The notes beneath the pieces are model-generated. The model saw only the letters and a list, made by a program, of their open reading frames with translations, was not told where the DNA came from and made no database searches. DNA of 64,000 bases from a virus: IMG/VR virus record IMGVR_UViG_3300020419_000004; one strand, given 5' to 3'. The position numbers and the translations under genes are program-made. This document shows positions 20,101 to 30,900 of this stretch, in pieces (positions within the stretch are counted from its first letter, which is position 1; each line of letters opens with the position of its first letter).

Positions 20101-23100
20101 AATAGTGACTTAACTAACCTTACTAATGGTTCAACATATTATGTTGTAAATAGAGACGCAGTAAATCATACTATTCAACTTGCTGCAACTTCAGGTGGTA
20201 CTCCAATCGTTCTAAGTGCAACTGGTGCACAGGAAATGCATATCATCAGAGGTTTCACTGCTACTACTGGTGCAGTAACTGTAGCTGCTGGTGTCATCAC
20301 TGCTGTTGCTATAGCAGATCCTGGTTCAGGATACACCGTGGGTGCTTCTCCTACTCTTACTATGAGTGAGGATGGTGGAGCAGGAGTTACAGCTGCGACA
20401 TTTACAATCACACTTGGTTCTCCAATTTCTGCGGTCACCACTACAGGTGATGGTGTGTACGCTTCAATACCTACACTTACTGTTACTAATGACAGTAATG
20501 ACACCACAGGATCTGGTGCTGTACTTACCGTTTCTAATTTAACATACGCTATTGCTTCCCTAACCATTAATAATGGTGGTTATGGATATTCATCTACTCC
20601 ACAAGTAAGTTTTAGTGGTGGTAATGCAACTAACGATGCTGTTGCTACTGCTGTTCTAGACACTGAATTAGGACAAGTATCAGAAATTACTTTATCACAA
20701 GGTGGTGAAGGATATGATTCAGTTCCTACCGTTGTTATATCTGGTGGATCTGGTACAGGTGCTAATCTAGCTTTAACAGTCTTACCTATCGGTGGTACAA
20801 TAACATCTGCAGGATCTGGATACGTAGCTGGAACTTATGCTAACGTTTCATTCACATCGACTACAGGTAGTGGTGTAAATGCTGCTGCAACATTCACAGT
20901 TCGAGGATTATTTGGTACTATCACAGCAGGTAGTGGAGGTACAGCTGGTGAGTATATGCAGATTGACGTTGTTAATAACAATCCTGCAGCGACATACACA
21001 GTCACCACTGTCAATAAATTACAGTTACCTTCTACTGTTAGTGGAATAACAGGAAGCGTAACCGTCGGTGCTACTGCCACAGGTGCAACATCTGGTGCAA
21101 CTGGTGTCGTAAGTTATGTTGGTGCTGCAGCTGCAGGTACTGACAGTATGGTATTCCTAAACTTCCCTGTCACTTCAGGTACATTCCAAGATAACGAAGT
21201 AGTTAACTTCTCTAGTGGTGGTAGTTTGACAACTAGTGGAGATCCAGCTGCAAGAGGAAGATATTTCATAGACGGAACTGAGGCAGCAAGTCTTACTATG
21301 GTTCAGGGTAATACATATCGTTTTGATATGTCTGATACCAGTAACAACGGTCATCCACTTGTTATGGATGGTACATCTCAGGCTGCTACAACAGAATTTC
21401 AAACAGTAACATACGGAACTGCTGGTCAAGCAGGTTCTTTCGTAGACATAGTTGTTAAACCTAGTGCAACTATAGGTAACACTGCATACTACGAGTGTTC
21501 TACACACGGTCGTGTTATGTCGGCAAATGCCTTAATTAACGTTACTGCAGGTGCTGCTGGTGAATATGGGCATGGTGCTCAAATGGATATTACCGTAGCA
21601 AGTGGTGGAGTCACTGTAGCAACCTTTGCAACAGGTATGCAAGGTAGTGATTATAAAGTGGGTGACGTTCTTAGGGTAACAGCCACTTCTCTTATTGGTG
21701 ATACCTCAGGGTTCTTATATACAATCACTGGTAATGACACTGGTATCTTTAGTATAACTGAGATACAGGCATCTGGTTCAGGTTATGCTGTTGGAGATCA
21801 ACTTAGTGTTGATGACGCAGACGTTGGTAATGCAGGTGGTTCTGGTTTCGTATTTAACGTAACTAAAGCAGGTTATGTATCTTCTGCTCTTGTTAGTGCA
21901 GGTGGTGGTGGAGCAGGTTTCTTTAGTGGACAAACTCTAGTATTTGATAGTCTACAGTTTGCAGGTATGGGTGATGGTGGATCAGGTTTTGCTATGACAG
22001 CAAATACTATTGACACTACTGGTATCACAACTATCTCTGGTGATGGTTCATTAACCTCAGCAAAATATGCATTCTCAACTGCAGGCGATCTAACAATTGG
22101 TATCGGTGGTTCTACCACAACAAGTATTTCTGCAGACACTGTTACAACCACAAATGGAAACTTTACTGGTAATATGGTCATCGGAACCAACGCTACTGTT
22201 GGTGGAACCTTTGGTGTTAATGGTATATCAACCTTCACAGATAATATTACAGCTAATGGTCTAGACAACCACATCTTAAATGGTAAGATTGGTATCCAGA
22301 ATGGTACTAATACCGTTCCTTCAGTTTACCTAGCAGCTGACACTACTACTGGTTTCTACAGATCATCTGCTAATGAGATAAGCATCACACATAACGGTAC
22401 ACAAAAGCATGTATTCTCGCCATTGAGTATACAAACTGCAGGTGATATCATTGCTGATAGCACTATTGGTAATGCTGCTCCATTCTTTAAGGTAGATTCT
22501 ACTAACGAAACTCTAACTGTTGGTACTGCAAACTCTGGACTTCAACTTAACAACGCTGCTGTACTGACTGCTGCAGGTCAAGATGCTGACATTCCTGTAA
22601 CCATCACTCCTAAAGGTGAAGGTGACATGATCATCACTGGTGGAACTAATAGAGACTTTGTAGTTAATGATGGTGTTGTTGGGCAAGACAAATTAAAATT
22701 AGACACTCAGACTGGTGATGCAGAATTAACTGGTACTTTAAAAGTTGATGAGAAACTTAAGTTTGTAACATCTGCTATTGAAAACGCAGACATTGGTGGT
22801 ACTAACTCTTTCGGTGAGATAGTCACAGTTGGTATTACTGGTACAGGATCAGGTTACACTGATGGTTCTTACACTGCATGTACTGTAACCGCAACGACTG
22901 GTGTTGGTTCAGGAGCAACCTTTGATGTCACAGTATCTGGTGGTGCGATTACTGCTGCAACAGTAACGACTGCTGCTAGAGGTTACAACTATTATGTTGG
23001 AGAAGAGATCACACTTAATCCTGCTACGATTGGTGGTGGAACTGGAAACACTATTACTATTCTTGACACACAAGGTCAAGGTTTAACATTAAAACCAGGC

Positions 23101-24417
23101 GGTGGTAAGAGTGTACTCGTCAAGACAACTGGATCACTTATTATTCCATCTGGTACTACAAACCAACGTCCACTCTCTAATGACAGATTAACTGGTGCGA
23201 TAAGATTTAATAATACTCAGTTACAGTTCGAGGGATATAATGGAACTGACTTTGTATCTCTTGGTGGTGTTCGTGACGTTGACCAAGATACTTACATATT
23301 AACTGAAGCATCTCCTGGTTCTGATGAAGATACATTTGAGTTCTATGCTGCAGGTATTAATAATCTTTCATTAACCAACACTACCCTAACGTTCAAACCG
23401 AACATGACGGGTACAAAGTATGATACATCTCACCTTACTACAATTGATGGTGGGTACTCACTTAAAGGAACAGTCTTCGATACTAACCCATTCAATGTTC
23501 TTGTAGGTGCACAAAATATTGTATCTGTAAGAGCGAAGAAAGACCTTGAAGTTTCTGGTGGTCTAAGACTACGTAGTGTACCTGCTCAGGGTGTCGTTGC
23601 TACATTAGATGCAGCAACCCTAACACAGGTTGCAACATCATATACTGCATCCACAACCTTTAATGCAGTTCCCACAACAGCATCTGTTGAAGGTATTGGA
23701 GCAACATTAACGGTTACTACTGACGGTAACGGAACTGTGACTACAGTTACTATTGCCTCTGGTGGTACTTTCTATGAAGCAGCATCATCTCCTTCAGCTG
23801 GAGACGGTGAAACATTAACAATAGCAGGTACTGCTCTTGGTGGATTAACTCCATCTCAAGATGTAACAATCAAGGTAGATACTATTTCTAGTCCTTCTAC
23901 CCCATATGCTCGTAATGATATCCTCCTTCAGGACTACATTACCAGATTAGATAATAAAGCATTTATTTCATTAGATTCTAACGCATCAGAATGTAAGTGG
24001 AAAATTAATAGAGGATGGAACGGTGGTTCAGAAAGCTACCTAACAGTATTTGATTCCACTGCTGATTTCGTAGAACTAGATGACTGTAGAGTAGAGGGTG
24101 GTCAAATGACTACGTTTACTTCTAACTCATCTATCACACAGTTTGATAAGACAGCATACAAAGGAGCGAAAACTCTCATTACTATTGAAAGTGATGATGG
24201 AAAGGTTCACATGCTTGAAGTAACTGCTATCTGTAGTGCATCTGGAACTACAGCACATGCTACGGTTACTAACTCAATAACTTCTGATAACGATCTTGTA
24301 GATGCAACTGTTGCTGTTGCTGCTAACAACATCAATATTAGTTTGAATAAATCATCCGCAGCCACATCCTCAACCTCATTTACTGGTAGATTTACGACTA
24401 CCAAAGTTAAGGTATAA
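17071..24417 (+). CDS. Giant fibre/structural protein (Mtd-N-like anchor, beta-helix-like region, LamG-like domain, Gly-rich modules, cupredoxin-like domain)
   Basis: 2448 aa; MATRIKLKRS...GEVAVN; TIAKAL...GDTILVGVGEF..LRG; LamG-like WYHVAVAR...FNGHIDEVRISKG (~18390-18950); many GSGY modules; HPL...CSTHGRVM. Confidence 0.8.
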   Translation: MATRIKLKRSTTATTVPTTSNLEDGEVAVNIADQKLYARNGAAIVEIANQKPNVGEVTTAMLATDITNGAGNTWFVNKSGSDVTTLSNSGANGKHSDSSFLTIAKALTVAQSGDTILVGVGEFQEVFPLAIPDGVTLRGTNLRSTQITPTSGTKTNNAMTLSGDCHVSDITIKGFEYASGADTGYAFVLVSTVNSEKSPYIERVTVATKGSVTSASDPYGFNQGDAGRGAKLDGALINSASQHAAVLFNECTFITPNQVGLLLTNGIRCEWLNCFNYFASIGIQGIQGATGKYGAGQTRLKLGGTSGTFSAAEVIYQLEDGFQSGTYTRSGTTVTLTRTGHGLVTNDYIYADFISGGATDNFYQVTKVDNNVVTFSDSASGTIAAGNVTYKKAVGRGVIASNDGTYLYVNGKGSGIFTTALKPVKVLSRFGDTQIDTAQKKFGSGSLLLDGTQDNLKVPDDTDFGFGTANFCLEAFIRPASVTGIQHIFDLRNASATDTAGKLYLNGTALHYGVGNASTRTGGTLSTGTWYHVAVARNAGTTKLFLDGVELATGADTNDYGTTKPVVIGSDYQASPAEAFNGHIDEVRISKGAARFTGAFTPTTGAYVSDNNTVLLLHANGDDASTTFTDESGGTSDIRSNGGDSATQVTTADYSAFGAELRSVASACVYGSKGVQADGSGVKLLLTAHNFAYVGANADYTNDPSLAIQANEVEELNSGKVLYSSTDQDGDFRVGDAFTVDQATGNVQFQATSTAQSAANITLSDGTGTTNIYPAYVETGNLRLAGNSLTSTSGKIILDPAGDEDIQLNGQVIAPENIYFASNRLASFLGTGNSSVAFTVGTYAQAGFSSFGIFSNKNFGVNKKSLNETTGVTITNEGSGYTPGAYSAATLSNPDLVATATATLATDGLIGTITITNAGSLYTTSPTVTASPTPSSGITTFLTSLESGGKVAIIAVPGGSGGSGYTSPTGIFTAPPNREFDANTSIANNAITFTNTFLSNGDKCVYDNNGNSDLTNLTNGSTYYVVNRDAVNHTIQLAATSGGTPIVLSATGAQEMHIIRGFTATTGAVTVAAGVITAVAIADPGSGYTVGASPTLTMSEDGGAGVTAATFTITLGSPISAVTTTGDGVYASIPTLTVTNDSNDTTGSGAVLTVSNLTYAIASLTINNGGYGYSSTPQVSFSGGNATNDAVATAVLDTELGQVSEITLSQGGEGYDSVPTVVISGGSGTGANLALTVLPIGGTITSAGSGYVAGTYANVSFTSTTGSGVNAAATFTVRGLFGTITAGSGGTAGEYMQIDVVNNNPAATYTVTTVNKLQLPSTVSGITGSVTVGATATGATSGATGVVSYVGAAAAGTDSMVFLNFPVTSGTFQDNEVVNFSSGGSLTTSGDPAARGRYFIDGTEAASLTMVQGNTYRFDMSDTSNNGHPLVMDGTSQAATTEFQTVTYGTAGQAGSFVDIVVKPSATIGNTAYYECSTHGRVMSANALINVTAGAAGEYGHGAQMDITVASGGVTVATFATGMQGSDYKVGDVLRVTATSLIGDTSGFLYTITGNDTGIFSITEIQASGSGYAVGDQLSVDDADVGNAGGSGFVFNVTKAGYVSSALVSAGGGGAGFFSGQTLVFDSLQFAGMGDGGSGFAMTANTIDTTGITTISGDGSLTSAKYAFSTAGDLTIGIGGSTTTSISADTVTTTNGNFTGNMVIGTNATVGGTFGVNGISTFTDNITANGLDNHILNGKIGIQNGTNTVPSVYLAADTTTGFYRSSANEISITHNGTQKHVFSPLSIQTAGDIIADSTIGNAAPFFKVDSTNETLTVGTANSGLQLNNAAVLTAAGQDADIPVTITPKGEGDMIITGGTNRDFVVNDGVVGQDKLKLDTQTGDAELTGTLKVDEKLKFVTSAIENADIGGTNSFGEIVTVGITGTGSGYTDGSYTACTVTATTGVGSGATFDVTVSGGAITAATVTTAARGYNYYVGEEITLNPATIGGGTGNTITILDTQGQGLTLKPGGGKSVLVKTTGSLIIPSGTTNQRPLSNDRLTGAIRFNNTQLQFEGYNGTDFVSLGGVRDVDQDTYILTEASPGSDEDTFEFYAAGINNLSLTNTTLTFKPNMTGTKYDTSHLTTIDGGYSLKGTVFDTNPFNVLVGAQNIVSVRAKKDLEVSGGLRLRSVPAQGVVATLDAATLTQVATSYTASTTFNAVPTTASVEGIGATLTVTTDGNGTVTTVTIASGGTFYEAASSPSAGDGETLTIAGTALGGLTPSQDVTIKVDTISSPSTPYARNDILLQDYITRLDNKAFISLDSNASECKWKINRGWNGGSESYLTVFDSTADFVELDDCRVEGGQMTTFTSNSSITQFDKTAYKGAKTLITIESDDGKVHMLEVTAICSASGTTAHATVTNSITSDNDLVDATVAVAANNINISLNKSSAATSSTSFTGRFTTTKVKV

Positions 24418-24420
24418 ATA
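24413..24420 (+). promoter_or_regulatory. T4-type late promoter TATAAATA
   Basis: Exact consensus overlapping stop 24415-24417, 21 nt before ATG 24442. Confidence 0.8.
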
Positions 24421-24441
24421 AACCATAGGTAATCTAGAGTC

Positions 24442-24975
24442 ATGCCAGTTAAAAATTTCGCATCCATAGGGGGATTTGCAGTAGGTTCTACTGAAGTCTT
24501 TAATACGGAGTACGCATTGAAGAATGTCAGTGCGATACATATGACTAGTAATAATTTTACTGACGCTACTCATGATAAGTACCTAACTAAGAGAGTTACA
24601 GATGCTGCTAACAATACACTACAGTTGACGTTAGATGGCACAACTGCTCTTACAACCAATACCCCTCCACTTGCTGCGGATAGGGTATCCTTTATCAGAG
24701 CAAGGGTTTTTGGACAGGAAACTACCAACAACCAGTATGTTTATGCAACAAGTTTTGATGTAATCGTGACCACTGCTAATGATGGAACGCCAACAGTATC
24801 AGCGACACACGAAAACATTATTAAAAATAATCCTCCTGGGCAAGAGGATTGGGTAGTAACACCTGATGCCTTCCTAATAGGAGGAGCTCCATATTTTACA
24901 TTTGAGGTAAAATCCGTGACAACCAATTCTATTGTTAAATGGATTGGCATTTTAGATATCACAGTCGTATCATAA
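24442..24975 (+). CDS. Hypothetical beta-rich structural protein
   Basis: 177 aa, between two giant fibre genes, downstream of a late promoter. Confidence 0.7.
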   Translation: MPVKNFASIGGFAVGSTEVFNTEYALKNVSAIHMTSNNFTDATHDKYLTKRVTDAANNTLQLTLDGTTALTTNTPPLAADRVSFIRARVFGQETTNNQYVYATSFDVIVTTANDGTPTVSATHENIIKNNPPGQEDWVVTPDAFLIGGAPYFTFEVKSVTTNSIVKWIGILDITVVS

Positions 24976-24988
24976 TAGTTGGGAACTA

Positions 24989-27900
24989 ATGGCTCTTAAG
25001 ATTAATTCTGACCAACAGAGAATATCAGCATCGGGGAATACCCCCACAGGTAATTGGATAAACGCTACTTACAGTAGGACTGTGACTGGTATGGTCAACA
25101 TCCTGTCTGTTGCACATGGGTTTATTGGAAGTGATAAGTTGTATATCGACTTCACTTCTGGTGGAGAAACGGATGGAACTTATACTGTCACGAAGGTAGA
25201 TGACGATAATTTACAATATCAGAGTACAAATTTAGGTGTCATAACTGCTGGTAATACTCTAGCGTACAAAAGAGTAAGATCTTTAAGTATTCAGGGTGAC
25301 GAGACCATTGAAATGTCAGTGGGTACTGGTGCAAATGAGAAGGATGCACTTACCGTCAACCTAAATGCACAAAATAATATACGTATTGGTGTTAATACTA
25401 CCGATCCTCTATACGAATTAGATGTTGAAGGACAGATAAGAACCACTCGTTCTATCATTTCTGATACTGCACAGGTTGTTAACTTAGATATTCAGACGAT
25501 TATCAACCCTGCACTGGATCTTCGTGGTCCTAATTTAATAAATTACGAAGATACAGACGTAACAAGTCCTACTTTTGGTACGACTTTTTACCCAACTGCC
25601 GATACTCCACCTCTAACTGACCAGTCCAGAAGACTTGCAACCACTGACTTTGTATATAAAGTTGCTACTAATGACACTGGTGGTCGTGTTTATGTGTCTG
25701 CAACCATCGGTAATGACGAAAATGATGGTCGTTCAGCTGCAAGACCAGTAAAAACAGTTAAAAAAGCAGCACAGATTGCCTATACATTACAAAAAGCAAC
25801 CCCAGATCCTAGTGATGAATACGTTTCATTGATCGTATCTGGTGGTGAATACCTTGAAGACAACCCAATTTCACTTCCTAGGAACTGTTCACTAATCGGT
25901 GACAACCTACGTCGTGTTGTTATGCGACCAGCTAACCAAGATCGTCACATGGTTAAAGCGTCTAACGAGACGTATGTGTTCGGTGTTGTATTCAGAGACG
26001 CACTACAAAACCCATCAGACCCACAAAGTACTGTAATCCATACTTGGAAGTATGCATTTGTGTTTGATGACAAGCAGAGATTATACTACGAACCAGAACT
26101 TCAGCAGATACCTGCTATTCCTGGTGATAAGTTCCGTGGTGATAACCTTTTCAATATTACTTTTAATAACCATACAGGTAACAATACTACTCTCGTAGTT
26201 GGTTATTTTGTACAAGGTGGATCATCAGGAACACTAGGTACAATTCAATCTATTACTTTCACAGGTCCTGATGCATCTCCATACTCAACTGGTAGTATAA
26301 CGATATTAATTACATCAGGTGTTAACGATGTATTCCAAGACGCTGAAAAAGTATTCTATGATGCTGTGGCAGCAAATATCATTACTGATATTAATAATGC
26401 TAGTGTATCAAACCGCTTTGACGTAGCAGATGCTGAATCATTAAGACCTGAACTAGAAACTATATCTAACCAGATCTATCAGCACACAGTTAATTCCGAA
26501 AGATTTTTTGAAGCATTCTCTGGTGACGCAACCAAGGTCAACCTAACAACAGATCGTATCACAGTTCCTAATCATTATTTTGAGACTGGTTCTGCTGTTT
26601 ACTACCAAAAGGATGAAGCAACTGTCCTTGCTGGTTTAGCTGACACTACTGTATACTATGTCAGAGTTATTGATTCAAACACGATTGAACTTTATGATAA
26701 CTATACAAATTCTGTAGCGACTACTACAACTACAGGTAGAAAAGACATTACCTCAGTATCTACAGATACAAAACTTCACTTGTTTACTTGTGGTAATGTA
26801 ATGCCAGAAAGTAACAATATCAGAATTCCAACACACCAATATGCAACTGGTGATGGTGTAGTGTACCGTTCAGGTGCAATGGGTGGTATTGATGGTCTTG
26901 TAAGTGGAACTTCATATTATGTCTACAGAGAAAATAAAGATTGGATCAGACTTGCATCATCTGCTGCTAACGCAGTACAAAAAGATGCACAGGGTAACGA
27001 TGATCCTGTAACTCTTCCTATCAATAGCACTGGTACTGGTTATCAGAGATTTGAACTTGCAGCAAATCTTCTATCAGTTGGTACTATAGACACTACTATT
27101 GCAACACAGCAAACCTACAGAGGTCCTATCTTAACTCTTGCTGGTACTGAATACCATGACTATGAGGTAGGACAGGAAGTTCATCTATATGGTTTCCAAA
27201 GTTCTGCTATTAACTTTGGTTCTTCCACTAACACTTCTTGGTCTTTATCAAGTGGTGTAGTTACTGTTACCATCTCAAGCGTAGATAACACTCTCACAAG
27301 TGGGCATTTTAGTAACTGGATGACACTAACAGAATGTGGTCTCACATTTAACTTTAGTGGAACTGGATCTGAAGCATTAAGCAAGACATATCATATTGAT
27401 CAATTTGATCTTGGATCTGGTACTCCATCTCTACCTGGCAACACTGCATTGGGTATGGGTTATGCTAGGTACAATAGTTCTAGTACAACTATCACTTTCG
27501 TATTAAAGACAGCAAATATACAATCAACATCTAATACTGCCACTGCAACTGGATCTACAGTCAGTGTCTTGGATAACGTTGCTGACCTTAATGGACGTAA
27601 GTACATCACACACCGTATTGAACGTGCTGATGGATACTCCCTACAGTTTGTTATAAGAGCTGCTATCAGTGTATTTTCTGCTTCGCTTAACCCAACTGGT
27701 AACCAGACAGTTATCTCATCTAGTAACTATGTTCTAGCATCCTTAAGAAACTCTCCTTATGGATTTACCAAGATCTCTCAGACTGACAGATATAGAGATG
27801 GTGCTGAATCTATTAAGAGAAACCAAGAATTTATTGCAGAAGAAGCATACGGTTATGTTAAGTCACATTATGAACAGTCTGGTACTAGAAGCAGTACGCT

Positions 27901-30900
27901 TGTAATAGGACCTACAACATTCAATGCTTTAGGAGATACCTTTACACATCCTATCAGTGAGTGGACACTAACCTACAATTACCTTAAGGTTAAGGTCAAT
28001 ACTGGTCACAACTTAAGCAAAGGATTTAGAAATCATAACCACATATACAATGGTGGTACAGCATCTAATGCTATTACAATTACACAAGGTAGTGTTCAGA
28101 AAGATGTAACTGATGCAACATACAATCCTGTAACAGGAGATCTAGTATTAACAATTGGTGCTCACGCCTATACAACTGCTAATACACTGGTTATTGCTAA
28201 TGGTGCTATTAGTTTCACATGCTCTAGAGACAACCACGCAACATCTCATACCTATCCAAGAGCAACAGATCCTGCATACGGTGCTACTCTACCAATCACA
28301 GCAGTAGATGCTGCAGGTACAGTTACAGTCAACGTTGGTGTTTCTGCGGGTGTCACAATTTCAGGTAGTTCTACTGCTGGTATCAATGGTACTTGGGCAA
28401 TCTCTGACGTATATGATCATAGAGAATTTACACTAGACATTGGTGAAAACACTATCTCTACTGGAACTACTGGTACTGATGGTTCATTCAATGATATAAG
28501 AAAACCATATAGAACTCCAAATACATTCCCTGTCAGCAACAAGCAAGGTGATGGTGCAGACTTAATTGCTAATAACGCTGAATTAATTGCTGAAGTAGCA
28601 GTTAAGAAGATGCTTGCTGCCAACGCAGGATATACTCCTACAGGCGGTACTTCAGCATGTACTGATGACCTTAAGGACTTCTTACAGAAATCACTTTACC
28701 ATAACCTCAAATGGGGTGGTAATGACAGAGTATATGATGCTGCAAACTACTACATTCATTATGTAAGCACAGGTAATAAGGATAGATACGCCGAAGCATT
28801 TAACTATGCTAAAGAATATTGCATGAAGGTTATCCGTAACCTACCAATACTAAGGCATCCTCATACTCTTGCACCTCAGTACTACGATACTAGCATCACC
28901 CTAGACAGAGCTGTCTATGGTACAGTTCCTAACCTAACTCAAGATGCAGCAAACTTATTGAATGCTAACAACAAGTTTATCTCTGAGGAATCTGTAGAGC
29001 GTTTCATTTCAAAACTAACAGACGTTGCTGTTGATGCAGTCAATGGAAATGAGATCACTATCAATGCTCTAAACGGAACAACTCCAACAAACACAAATCC
29101 TCATACATTCCAAGGTGTAGCTACATATCAGTTCACACCAACTGGAGGATCATACGATCCGTTAACTGGATATATGACTTTAACTATGAATGGTCACCCA
29201 TTTGTAGATGGAGATAAAGTTCAGTTTGCTGCAAATTCTATTAAGTTCACATGTGACTTAGATGGCGATGCATCTATCAAGTCATATCCTCGTACTACAG
29301 ACCCATGGTATAACAAGTGGATCGGTGTACAGAAGGTAGACGCAAATAATATTAAAGTTAACGTAGGTCCCGCTAAGACTGACGTTACCAATCACACATG
29401 GTCAAGTGCTACAACTAATGCGGTATCAAGAGCAGTTGTTTACAATGACACTGGATTTACACAGCATACTGTAACTGGTGCTAACTACGAACCAATCACA
29501 GGTATACTAACTCTTACAATTCCTAATCATGGATTTACTATAGGAGAGAAGGTACAGGTTGCACAGGATTCATTGACATTCACTTGTTCAATGGATGACA
29601 ACTTCTCCAAGCACACATATCCAAGAGCAACAGATCCAGCACTTAATGTTTGGAAGAGTGTTACTAACGTTACACAAAATACTTTCGATATTAACGTAGG
29701 AACTACACCTCCTGTCACTTTCACTCCTACAAACGCTACATATACGCCTACAACAGGTCTTATGGAGTTGACTATAGGTAATCACACTCTTGAAGCTCCT
29801 ACTAGTCATACAGTCACAGACGCATCATTAGACACTAGCACTGGTATCTTTACTGTAACTATTAATAATCATGGTTTCCAAGAAGGAGACAAGATTAATG
29901 TTGCACAAGGCAGTATTCAAATGTCTTGTGGATATAGTGGTGGTGGTAATGAATCTTATCCTAAGGCAGGTCAATATGCTGATGGTAAGTGGTTAAACAT
30001 CTGGGGAGTTACTCAGAACACATTTAGTTTCGACTGTACTGGTGGTGTAGCGGTATCCGTTAGTGATGCTCATACATTTGTATCTGCGACAACTCTTGGT
30101 TTGAAGCATGTTAAGGAGCATATCAAACTTACAACAGGTGCGGTTACATTCAAGTGTGCTGCTGATGGTAATTCAACTGATCATGCATATCCAAGATCAA
30201 TCGTAGATTCACATACTGCAACAACTGGTACAACATATGATCCTAATACAGGTATCATGAAGATTACCACAACTGCTGCTCATGGTATGAGAAATGGAGA
30301 TTGGGTAAAACTTTCTGAAGGTTCTATTTCATTCAGTTGTGGATATAATGGTGCAACTGGTTCAGCTGCTATCAAGGCATATCCAAGATCATCTGATCCT
30401 ATCTACAACCAGTGGCAGAAAGTTTTCAACGTAACCTCATCAACATTTGATCTTCAGGTTCTTGACAGTATTCCTTCTACTAATACTGATACACATACAT
30501 TCGTATCTGCAACATCTAATGGTATTCAACAGAAGAGAGATAAGACATACAATACTTCAGTTCCTATCGTAGCAATATCTGGTACTTCAATTACTATTGA
30601 CGTTGGTATTTCATCCAACACTACTGCACACGTTTATCAGTCTGCACTTAACAACTCAGTTATTACTGGTGGTAACTACAGTCACACATTCATTAGTGCA
30701 ACAACTAATGGTATTAAGAGAGCAACTGCATCCACAATTAATAACTACGTACCTTCTTCAGGAACATATAATCCTACAACTGGTGCTCTTGTATTAAATA
30801 TCGGTGCCAACGATCTTTCAGCACCTCAAACTTATACTTCCACTAATGGTGTGTACAACCCAACAACGGGTATAATGACAGTCACTGTTGCCAATCACGG

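Noticed and set aside
28031-28045. HxH iron-binding motif of the T4 gp37-tip type (HNH here; HAH near 5944)
   Set aside because: Isolated single occurrences, not the repeated HxH ladder near a fibre C-terminus.
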